In this document: one piece after another, positions 37,728 through 45,529 of the stretch
How the letters are laid out: each line of letters opens with the position of its first letter
Numbering within the stretch: the first letter of the stretch is position 1
Assembly (NCBI GenBank): GCA_028355015.1
Contig: JAOMRN010000001.1
Location: 1,229 to 65,228, forward strand
Direction of reading: 5' to 3'
DNA length: 64,000 bases
Source: Methanobacteriota archaeon
Lineage (GTDB): Archaea; Thermoplasmatota; Poseidoniia; Poseidoniales; Thalassarchaeaceae
The notes under the pieces: model-generated
The model's input: the letters and a program-made list of their open reading frames with translations, nothing else
What the model was told of the DNA's origin: nothing
The model's database searches: none
Translations under genes and position numbers: made by a program

Positions 37728-38519
37728 GTGGAACTTGAACAAATTATGAATCGTCTTGCAGAGCAGGTAGCAATCGTAGACAGAAATATTACACCTACTC
37801 AAAACTATTATATTCCTTCAATAGGAACTTCTAGTGAGCCTACAATTGTACATAGACTAGTAGAAGAATGGGTAAAAAAACATCCTGATGAGTTACCAGG
37901 TATTATGCTAAATAAAAGAGGAAAGGGAACAGAAGGTTGTTTTGAAATAAAATATCCAGGTGCCAAAGGTTCTGAAAAGAAATTGGATTTTGGTTTTTCA
38001 AGTTCAACAGGACATGAAAATTCTGATAATTTAGATAACTTAGAATGGGCAATCGAATTTAAAAAAATCAATTGGATTGGTGGGACAGGAACTGACCAAT
38101 CAGAAAGAGCAGTAGGTAAACTATGCTCTCCTTATCCGGCTACAGGACCAATCTTATCCGATGCCTTAAGGGTCATAAAACATAGTCATGGAACACGTCA
38201 TGCAGTGATTTTAATAAGTCCAGATGTCCATTCTGATCAATTAGAATTATGTAAAAATCATCCAGATAGAGAACGTAGATGGAAACCTGAAAATCCAAAT
38301 GATAGAATTATAGCACTAACTAATTCTTTCAAGAAAAATAATGGTTATGCATTTGAAGCAGAACCTCTGTTACCATTTGTTGAGAAAATATTTGAGTATA
38401 AGGAAATTAACTTCAATGAACGTATTATTAAGAAAATTACTGGATTAACAAACCACCCCGTTTATTCAAGATTGACACTTGTTGGTTGGGAAATTAAAAA
38501 AGAATCTATAGCAGATTGA
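37728..38519 (+). CDS. Putative type II restriction endonuclease (PD-(D/E)xK-like)
   Basis: Candidate catalytic pattern KKLDFGF ... (23 aa) ... LEWAIEFKK (D ... E-x-K). It is convergent with, and overlaps by 58 nt, a C5-cytosine methyltransferase gene. Start is GTG 37728 or ATG 37746. Confidence 0.55.
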   Translation: MELEQIMNRLAEQVAIVDRNITPTQNYYIPSIGTSSEPTIVHRLVEEWVKKHPDELPGIMLNKRGKGTEGCFEIKYPGAKGSEKKLDFGFSSSTGHENSDNLDNLEWAIEFKKINWIGGTGTDQSERAVGKLCSPYPATGPILSDALRVIKHSHGTRHAVILISPDVHSDQLELCKNHPDRERRWKPENPNDRIIALTNSFKKNNGYAFEAEPLLPFVEKIFEYKEINFNERIIKKITGLTNHPVYSRLTLVGWEIKKESIAD

Positions 38520-39841
38520 ATTTCAATAATCATGTTTACATTAACTGCATTACCAAGTTGTTTGTATGATTGATTATCTTGTTCACCTAGAATAAACGGC
38601 TTTCCAAAAATACCATCTACATCGAAACTCTGTATTCTAGCACACTCTTTGGGTGTTAAGTGCCGCCTTAACCATCCTACAACGGGTATTTGTGCCATGG
38701 CCACTAGTGCTGGAAAATAGTCACCTCTTTTAACACGAATTCCAGAAGGTCTGAACTGGAAAATATTTTCCCAATTAGTTCGACTATCTGGGCCCGCTTG
38801 CCACTCATATTTTGTTCGACTAACAGGAATTATTGGCTTACCATCTTTATCATTTTCAAGAACTTTCCAGCGTTTTAACCAGCCATCAATGTAGTCCTTA
38901 TTCTCTGAGTATAGATACCTATTTTTCTTTACAAAATCTTGTTTCCAAAGTGGTAAATTAATTTGTTTTATAATCTCTGTTTTATCCATTCCAGATTCGA
39001 TAGGTCTAACCCAGCCATAAGAAGACCAATTTTTGTGTATTTGAATTAATTGTTCTACACTGTATTGCTCTAAATCACCAGGTATCTCGGCATCACCTTT
39101 GAATGAATCTGCCCATATCGGATGACCTGGTAATTTTGTTTCAACATTTACATTAATAAGAAATTCTTCCCACATTTCTAACCATTTAATTTCCTTTTCC
39201 GACATATGGTATTTTTCAGGAACATGGTCGTCTAATATTGTCCTAACATCTAATGAGTTAGTCTCATGTTCCTTTGGAAACACAAATTTACCACTCACTA
39301 GATCAGAACGTATTGCCACAATATACACTCTTTTTCTAACCTGAGGGACTCCAAATTTATTCGGTGAAAGTACAGCATATTCATGATTATATCCTAATTC
39401 AGAAAGTCTCGATTGAATTACAGAAAATGTATTGCCTCCATCATGTTTTACTAGATTAGGTACGTTTTCTAGAAATATAACTGAAGGTTGATGCTTTTCT
39501 GCAATACTACAAATATCGTGGAATAGAGTGCCTCTAGTTTGATCCATAAATCCTTTCTGTGATCCTGACTTGCTAAATGGCTGACAAGGAAATCCTGCAC
39601 ATATTATGTCCATCGGAGGTATCTCATCTATCACTTCCCTTATGTCACAATTAACAGAGTAACCCTGTGGTTGACCCCAATTCAATTCATATACCTCTGC
39701 AGCATTTTTATCAATATCAGATGCAAAAACACATTCATGTCCTAAACGATGTAGAGCTGCATGAAACCCTCCTATGCCACAGAACAAATCTACGAATCGC
39801 ATATCATCACCAGGAAATACACGGTTAATAAGGAAATGCAA
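38462..39841 (-). CDS. DNA (cytosine-5)-methyltransferase
   Basis: Motif I DLFCGIGGF, motif IV GFPCQPFS, motif VI FLENVPNL, motif X QLGNAVNVN, and a long variable target-recognition region. The likely true start is MRFVDLF at 39802. Confidence 0.9.
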   Translation of the reverse strand: MHFLINRVFPGDDMRFVDLFCGIGGFHAALHRLGHECVFASDIDKNAAEVYELNWGQPQGYSVNCDIREVIDEIPPMDIICAGFPCQPFSKSGSQKGFMDQTRGTLFHDICSIAEKHQPSVIFLENVPNLVKHDGGNTFSVIQSRLSELGYNHEYAVLSPNKFGVPQVRKRVYIVAIRSDLVSGKFVFPKEHETNSLDVRTILDDHVPEKYHMSEKEIKWLEMWEEFLINVNVETKLPGHPIWADSFKGDAEIPGDLEQYSVEQLIQIHKNWSSYGWVRPIESGMDKTEIIKQINLPLWKQDFVKKNRYLYSENKDYIDGWLKRWKVLENDKDGKPIIPVSRTKYEWQAGPDSRTNWENIFQFRPSGIRVKRGDYFPALVAMAQIPVVGWLRRHLTPKECARIQSFDVDGIFGKPFILGEQDNQSYKQLGNAVNVNMIIEIQSAIDSFLISQPTSVNLE

Positions 39842-39842
39842 T

Positions 39843-40742
39843 CTATTTCTTGAGTACTAAATCATCTTTAGTCCAAACCTTCGGTTTTTTTGATTTCTCT
39901 ATCTTCTTATTCTTCTTTCTCTTGATTCTGTGCCAAACTTTGTCACCCCACCATTCAGGTATGTCAAATTGATTTCTATTTGTGTGAAATTTATTTTTGA
40001 TAGTTCTTAGAACGCCTTGGCTTCTCCACTGCCCTCCTAATTTACCTTTTATTTCTCTTTTATTTAGTGATCTTGCTACACTAGTTGCAGTTACTTCATT
40101 ATGCACGACTTGCCAAGCCATGTAGTCAATCCATGATTGTTCAGTCCAATTAGGAAATAGGTCTCCGTTCTTATCAAAGTCCCATCCATAAATCGCTCTA
40201 GTAAAGCGAAGTTGTTCTCTTTTCAGATATGCCATACCTTCTAATGTCCTCTCAGAAATTAAACCTCTTTCCATCTCTGCTAAACCTGACATTATTGTCA
40301 AAAAGAACTTCCCCATAGCGTTACTTGTGTCTATTGCCTGACCGCCTAAATCAACAATGTGGACTTTGATATGATGGTCTTCATTAAGATATTCAATGGT
40401 ATTAATGGCATCACTAGTAATTCTAAATAACCTATCTAATTTCATAGAAATAAGATGTTCAAATTTTCCACTTTCAATTCTTTTTAGCAATAGTTTACCT
40501 GCTGGCCTCTCAAAAAGAGGAATACCTCCACTAACGCCTTCTTCAATTATAATATTCCTAGAAAGTAATTCTAATCCTTTCATACGAGCATAATCCATTA
40601 TTTTTTGCTGTTGACTATCAATACTATTTCCTTCATCGACTTGCCTTCCTGTAGATACACGAATGTATGCTACAGTGGAAATTGCATCTGGCTTAGACTT
40701 AGGCACAATTAAGAATATCACATTACAATAGATATAAATCAT
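39843..40742 (-). CDS. Serine recombinase (resolvase catalytic domain plus truncated recombinase domain)
   Basis: Catalytic VAYIRVSTGRQVDEGNSIDSQ, LDRLFR and SGLAEMERGLISERT motifs. The C-terminal LNKREIKGKLGGQWRSQGVLRTIKN resembles the large-serine-recombinase recombinase domain, but no Zn-ribbon/coiled-coil is present. Its stop lies directly upstream of the MTase ORF (1 nt between them). Confidence 0.8.
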   Translation of the reverse strand: MIYIYCNVIFLIVPKSKPDAISTVAYIRVSTGRQVDEGNSIDSQQQKIMDYARMKGLELLSRNIIIEEGVSGGIPLFERPAGKLLLKRIESGKFEHLISMKLDRLFRITSDAINTIEYLNEDHHIKVHIVDLGGQAIDTSNAMGKFFLTIMSGLAEMERGLISERTLEGMAYLKREQLRFTRAIYGWDFDKNGDLFPNWTEQSWIDYMAWQVVHNEVTATSVARSLNKREIKGKLGGQWRSQGVLRTIKNKFHTNRNQFDIPEWWGDKVWHRIKRKKNKKIEKSKKPKVWTKDDLVLKK

Positions 40743-40905
40743 TCTAATCTAAAATTATAGCGCCCCCCTATATTATTCAAGTGAATCATTGGGATGTACT
40801 AGCACACCCAATCATTCTACATGGAAACTAATGGGCGCCTTCAGTAAACCCTACCCTGCATATTTGGAGCATAGATACCGTTGCACTGCAATACAGCGTA
40901 TTCCC

Positions 40906-40918
40906 TACCCTTTGCTTC
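40906..40918. repeat. Right arm of the 13-bp inverted repeat flanking the R-M/recombinase cassette
   Basis: TACCCTTTGCTTC is the reverse complement of 37642..37654. The neighbouring direct 9-mers CCCTACCCT sit at 40849..40857 and 40903..40911, and ATCATAGGG is shared with the left side. Confidence 0.6.
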
Positions 40919-40977
40919 AAGTTGAATCATAGGGTTATCGAAGGAGTCGTTTAATCTCTACTCAATGATCCATACAA

Positions 40978-41364
40978 TTATTTATCATGATTTTTAAAAA
41001 CCAAAAGTTTCCATGCCATGAATAACAATACGCCCAATACTACCACTGGTCCTCCATAAATAATCAGCAACAAACCAGCCAATCCGTTCAATTCATACCC
41101 ACCGCTTAGAGGAAACATAAGTAAAATTCCTAAGAATACAATTAGTCCGCCCACTATTAGCAATGATATTCCAATCACTTTCAACATAGAAATACGAGGG
41201 AGATCTTGATAAATTACAAGTGACTCATTAACTAGGGTGGAAGAGATCTTTTTTATTTCATGATTAGGGTCTTTGTGCCTGAGGCAAAATCCAGACGTCC
41301 TAAACTCTAGGGCCTTGCATCCTTCGTAAGCACACTTCCTTTCGCCCACATAATTAACAGTCAA
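40978..41364 (-). CDS. Hypothetical protein: N-terminal Cys/His zinc-finger-like motif plus three TM helices
   Basis: CAYEGCKALEFRTSGFCLRHKD followed by hydrophobic segments. It is the last ORF of the island. Confidence 0.5.
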   Translation of the reverse strand: MTVNYVGERKCAYEGCKALEFRTSGFCLRHKDPNHEIKKISSTLVNESLVIYQDLPRISMLKVIGISLLIVGGLIVFLGILLMFPLSGGYELNGLAGLLLIIYGGPVVVLGVLLFMAWKLLVFKNHDK

Positions 41365-41414
41365 TTATTAGGGATAGACTTTGCTACGCCACAAACTAGT
41401 AAAGGAGTCACAGG

Positions 41415-41510
41415 GTAGTGTATCAGTTAACAGACTCTGGTGCGGATCTTCTTCCTAGTTTAGAATCATTTTTTGAATGGGTAATTAATGATACAAATCA
41501 AACTCAATGA
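41415..41510 (+). pseudogene. Displaced relic of the 3' end of an HxlR-type gene (31 codons plus stop)
   Basis: It translates to VVYQLTDSGADLLPSLESFFEWVINDTNQTQ*, versus VVYKLTDSGTSLLPSLETFFEWVLNDTNETE* at 33337..33432 (24/31 aa and about 75/96 nt identical by hand alignment). An in-frame TAA lies 4 codons upstream and similarity is lost beyond it. Confidence 0.75.
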
Positions 41511-41631
41511 ATGCATTTTTAAACAATGGAATTGGTTGATTTGAAAGATTTTGATATATTTTCATGTTCAAGGTCTTGGATATAGACTCATAAAGGGATG
41601 TCAAGTCGGCGACTCGCTACGAGGGATGAAT

Positions 41632-42216
41632 ATGGGAGTTACAAAGTACGTACGTTCGGCTTGGAAGAGTCCAAAGCAAAGCATGGAACCTCGTCATAGA
41701 ACTGGTAGAATGGCTGTATGGCGCCACGAACCAGTGTTTCAGAGAATCGATAAACCTACTCGTATTGATGCGGCTCGTCGTGTTGGATACCGTGCAAAGC
41801 AAGGTGTAGTAATCTGCAGAACACGTGTTCGCCGTGGTGGACTACGTAAGGGTGTAGTAAACATGAAGCGTAAACCTTCAAAGTCAGGTGTAACAAAAAT
41901 TACTATGGCTAAGTCAATTCAAAGAATTGCAGAAGAGCGTGTTTCTCGTAGATACCCGAATCTTAGGGTTCTAAACTCATATTGGGTTGGAGAAGATGGA
42001 AAGAACAAATTTTTCGAAGTTATTCTATTAGATCCTAATCATCCAGTTGTTAAAGCTGATAGTCAATGGTCTTGGGTTGCAGATAATCATCACAAGGGAC
42101 GAGCTATGCGTGGTATGACAAGTGCTGGAAAGCGTGGTCGTGGTTTGTACAACAAAGGTAAGGGTGCAGAGAAACTTCGCCCAAGCTTGAAGGCTAACAA
42201 AAACCGTGGTAAATAA
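41632..42216 (+). CDS. rpl15e: 50S ribosomal protein L15e
   Basis: MGVTKYVRSAWKSPKQS..., with RVRRGG and a basic C-terminus typical of L15e. The ORF-track start at 41551 is an upstream non-ATG codon, so ATG 41632 is preferred. Confidence 0.9.
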   Translation: MGVTKYVRSAWKSPKQSMEPRHRTGRMAVWRHEPVFQRIDKPTRIDAARRVGYRAKQGVVICRTRVRRGGLRKGVVNMKRKPSKSGVTKITMAKSIQRIAEERVSRRYPNLRVLNSYWVGEDGKNKFFEVILLDPNHPVVKADSQWSWVADNHHKGRAMRGMTSAGKRGRGLYNKGKGAEKLRPSLKANKNRGK

Positions 42217-42244
42217 GTAATATTCAGCCGAAGGTTGATTTCAC

Positions 42245-42526
42245 TTGAGCCCACCGGCTGTCTCAATGGTCGAGCGAGACATGAGTACTATTCGTGGTCT
42301 TCCCGTGATCATTCCAGATGGAAGAGTATTAGGAACAGTGCATGATACTGTACTTTCAGCAGAGTCCGAGGCATGGTCTTGCACTCATTTATTCGTTTCA
42401 GATCCTCCTCCTAGTTTGGTTGAAGGACGAATTCATGTGGCCATACCTTGGAACTGGGTCCGTTCGATTGGTGATGTTGTAATTCTACGATGGTTTCCTC
42501 CAACTCCTATACCTAAAAAGCCATAA
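42245..42526 (+). CDS. PRC-barrel domain protein
   Basis: A 93-aa protein with GLPVIIPDGRVLGTVHDTVL in a PRC-barrel-like pattern. TTG start. Confidence 0.5.
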   Translation: MSPPAVSMVERDMSTIRGLPVIIPDGRVLGTVHDTVLSAESEAWSCTHLFVSDPPPSLVEGRIHVAIPWNWVRSIGDVVILRWFPPTPIPKKP

Positions 42527-42538
42527 TTTGTATGATGC

Positions 42539-45055
42539 ATGAGCGAACGTAACCACAATACGATTCAAAAGGGAAAAGTTCACGCTAAGGTAATGCGTAG
42601 AGTCACGTCAGCCATTTTGCTTGTCCTTCTTCTTTCTATTGCTAGCCCTCTGGCATCTGCTGATTCCAAGGGAATTATCGGTTGTACTAGTGCGGATATA
42701 GGCATGATGCCTGCAAGTTGGGAGATATCCGATCAGTCTTGTGTAACTATAGATTTCCTCGAAGTATTGGCTCCTGGTACGACATTTTCATTTGAAATTG
42801 ATAGCGATTCAGAAATTGACATACTCCTTTTTACATCCAATGCTAGGACTACTTATCAAAATGAGCAAAATTATCGAACAGATCTAATCTGGGAAGAAGA
42901 TTCTGTCTTTGAATCATTCAGTGGCCAGGGATCTTGGCACTGGACAGTTCCAGATGAAGGCCAATCTACTCGTTGGTACATGGTGATAGATAATTTAGCC
43001 CATCCTCAAGATAGTGGTCAAGGTGCTCAAGGAGGTAGTACTGCCAATGTAATCATGGATGTTCAGCAGGTTGTAAGCCCTGATTTCTCAATTGCAGATA
43101 CAATAGTCAGACTTGATAATGATGGATATGAAATCATAGCCGGTCCATTTACTTTAGATGAAGGAACTCAAGTATCTATTGATGTCACAACTATGGAAGG
43201 TGCTCCTGATATATTCTTGATGACAGAAGCACAGAAGAATTCGTATGAATCTGCAGCAGCGAATGGAACAGTAGCTGCCTCAAGAATCAATCAAGCAGAT
43301 TTACTCTCGGTCACAAGTTCTGGAAGTACAGTTTGGTCTGCAATATCTCCATACACTGAAATTCCCCTTTACATGATTGTAGATAATCGCGCAGGGGCAG
43401 GAGGTGCAGGGACTACAGACGTTGCCACAACTGTCGTTTCTTCTTTGACACCAGTTGTCCAAGCAGTACTCTCAAACTCTGATTCTCTAACTTTAATTGA
43501 TGTAGGAGAAATCATTACATTAAATGCAAGTGAAACACCAAATCTCTCAAACCAAATTGATAGTGTGAATTGGGATATTGATGGAGATGGATTCAATGAT
43601 GTTAACGGATTCTCAACAGATGTTTCTTGGGACACTCCAACAAATTTCACACTCAAATTAACTGTTGTTTCTACAGATTCACGTAGTTCAACAGTTTTCA
43701 AGGATATAGAAGTTAGAGATATTTCTAATCCTGTTGCCAATATTGATATCACATCAGATATAACTCGTGGTTATGGAGAAAACATAGTACTTAGTGGGCA
43801 ATTTTCAGATAATTATGGCGTCGCAACTGTTGAATGGTTAGTCGATGGTGTGGTTTCAGAAACATATTCAGGTACTGATTCATCAGCAACCTCATTTAGT
43901 CATATTTTTGACTCATCATATATTTCAGGAATGCATACTATAACTCTTCGAGTTACAGATAATTCAGGACTAATAACAGATGATGTTGCAAATATCAATC
44001 TATACGATCCAACCCCCCCTAGTATAGATTCAACATTTATGTCAGAGTTACAAGTCGTAGTTAACCAAGCTTACCCCTTTTCAGTTCCAGCAACTGATTC
44101 TGAATCAACCAATTTAATCTATACTTGGGATTTTGATAGAGACAAAGATTCTGATGGTGATGGTGTCACTTCTAATGACAATGAAGGTGTCGGCCCTCAA
44201 GTCAATCACGTATTTCCTAAAGCGGGAGTATTTTGGGTAGTCTGCACTATTGAGAATGATGAAGGCCTCACTACAGAGGCAGAAATATTAGTTACTGTAG
44301 TGTCGCCAACTGGAAATTCAGAAGGTATTGATTGGTTATCAATCATTACAATAATAGTAGTTATAGCGGTAGTACTTGCAATACTCGGTTTTGTAACTTT
44401 TAGAATACTAGAGAATAGGAAAATAGCAGCAATATTAGCCGAACAGTCTGAAGAAGAAGTTACGAAAGATGTAGCACCTCCTTCTGTTGAAGAACAGAAA
44501 GCAATGTGGGGCAGCTCATCAAATCCAGTAAATCCTCTTTCACAACAGGGTATGCAAACGGACTTCGGTGGCTACTCTTCGGGGATGTCAGGACTTCCTA
44601 CCCCTCCTCCTTCAGGTACACCAACGATTTCTTCATCAATTGAATTAGACCCAGATTTAGCGGAACTAATGGCTTCTTCTCCGCCTCCAACTTCCGCCCC
44701 AACGAACAGTCAAGCAAGTGAGTTACTTTCTGCTTTCTTGGAAGATGATGCAGTCGATATAGAAAATGTTGAACATGTATTTGATGATATAGCGAATTCA
44801 GGAGAGATATGGACTCCTTCAGAAGATCCTCTTGCAGGTATTTCTCTTCCTGGTTCTGAAGTTGTCGAGGCACCCGAACTTGAACCTGAACCTGAGCCAG
44901 AGCCAGAACCTGAACCTGTTACACGTAACAGAACAGTCCGGAGCGCTTGTTCTAACTGTGAGAAATTGTTCGAAGTAGATATGCCCGAGGGCGTGGATGT
45001 GGCCCGAACGACTTGCCCACATTGTGAATCAATTGAGACAATTCGTTTTGAGTGA
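42539..45055 (+). CDS. Type I membrane surface protein: PKD-like repeats, TM, long Pro/Ser-rich cytoplasmic tail, (PE)6, C-terminal zinc ribbon
   Basis: Signal/anchor AILLVLLLSIASPLASA. PKD-like blocks (WDIDGDGFNDVNG..., YTWDFDRDKDSDGDGV...VCTIENDEGL). TM LSIITIIVVIAVVLAILGFVTF. C-terminal CSNCEKLFEV...CPHCES. Confidence 0.75.
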   Translation: MSERNHNTIQKGKVHAKVMRRVTSAILLVLLLSIASPLASADSKGIIGCTSADIGMMPASWEISDQSCVTIDFLEVLAPGTTFSFEIDSDSEIDILLFTSNARTTYQNEQNYRTDLIWEEDSVFESFSGQGSWHWTVPDEGQSTRWYMVIDNLAHPQDSGQGAQGGSTANVIMDVQQVVSPDFSIADTIVRLDNDGYEIIAGPFTLDEGTQVSIDVTTMEGAPDIFLMTEAQKNSYESAAANGTVAASRINQADLLSVTSSGSTVWSAISPYTEIPLYMIVDNRAGAGGAGTTDVATTVVSSLTPVVQAVLSNSDSLTLIDVGEIITLNASETPNLSNQIDSVNWDIDGDGFNDVNGFSTDVSWDTPTNFTLKLTVVSTDSRSSTVFKDIEVRDISNPVANIDITSDITRGYGENIVLSGQFSDNYGVATVEWLVDGVVSETYSGTDSSATSFSHIFDSSYISGMHTITLRVTDNSGLITDDVANINLYDPTPPSIDSTFMSELQVVVNQAYPFSVPATDSESTNLIYTWDFDRDKDSDGDGVTSNDNEGVGPQVNHVFPKAGVFWVVCTIENDEGLTTEAEILVTVVSPTGNSEGIDWLSIITIIVVIAVVLAILGFVTFRILENRKIAAILAEQSEEEVTKDVAPPSVEEQKAMWGSSSNPVNPLSQQGMQTDFGGYSSGMSGLPTPPPSGTPTISSSIELDPDLAELMASSPPPTSAPTNSQASELLSAFLEDDAVDIENVEHVFDDIANSGEIWTPSEDPLAGISLPGSEVVEAPELEPEPEPEPEPEPVTRNRTVRSACSNCEKLFEVDMPEGVDVARTTCPHCESIETIRFE

Positions 45056-45459
45056 TTATTATGATTAAGGTTTTATTGACAATATTGTCATTAATTCTTG
45101 GTCTACCATTAATTTGGATTGGAATTTTACATTTTCAAGACCCAGCATGGTTCGAACCAATAGTTCCTGATTTAATTGGCTATCCTACATTTTGGGTATA
45201 CGCTAGTGGAGTATTTGAGATAGTATTAGGAATCGGTTTGATTATTCCTAAAACTCGTGAAATTTCTGGTTATGGTATTGCTTTAATGTTGGTTGTTTTG
45301 TACGCAGCAAATTTCAATATGTGGGTAAATGATATTGCGATAGGAGGTTCAAAGTTTGGAACTAATTGGCACATATTTAGGGCAACAGTACAGATTTTAT
45401 TAATCTCGGTTTGTATATGGATTGGAAGGAAATCATCTAAACAATATAATTTAGGTTAG
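45052..45459 (+). CDS. DoxX-like four-helix membrane protein
   Basis: 135 aa. GILHFQDPAWFEPIVP ... ASGVFEIVLGIGLIIP ... LMLVVLYAANFNMW resembles DoxX-like proteins. The 4-nt overlap with the upstream gene suggests coupling. Confidence 0.5.
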   Translation: MIIMIKVLLTILSLILGLPLIWIGILHFQDPAWFEPIVPDLIGYPTFWVYASGVFEIVLGIGLIIPKTREISGYGIALMLVVLYAANFNMWVNDIAIGGSKFGTNWHIFRATVQILLISVCIWIGRKSSKQYNLG

Positions 45460-45529
45460 TTTCCTCCATCTTTCAGAAATGAGAAAAAATTGATTTTATG
45501 TTGTATCAGGTAGGGGAATAACCTTTACC

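Larger units (their letters stand above)
33433..41414. mobile_element. About 8.1-kb accessory island / integrated element inserted at the 3' end of the FAS1-HxlR gene
   Basis: It is bounded by the gene's current 3' end (33337..33432) and a diverged, displaced copy of that end (41415..41510). It is visibly more A+T-rich than its flanks. It encodes only unknown small, Zn-ribbon and membrane proteins plus a REase, C5-MTase and serine recombinase. Confidence 0.6.

Noticed and set aside
41603-41625. Possible degenerate third copy of the tRNA-Tyr 3' end downstream of the gene-end relic (gtcaagtcggcgactcgctacga)
   Set aside because: Only the 7-mer TCAAGTC and scattered positions match (about 13/23), which is indistinguishable from chance. 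It also overlaps the rpl15e leader.
44876-44917. (GAACCT)n-like microsatellite
   Set aside because: It is in frame within the 838-aa ORF and encodes ELEPEPEPEPEPEP, a low-complexity cytoplasmic tail. It is not an independent repeat element.
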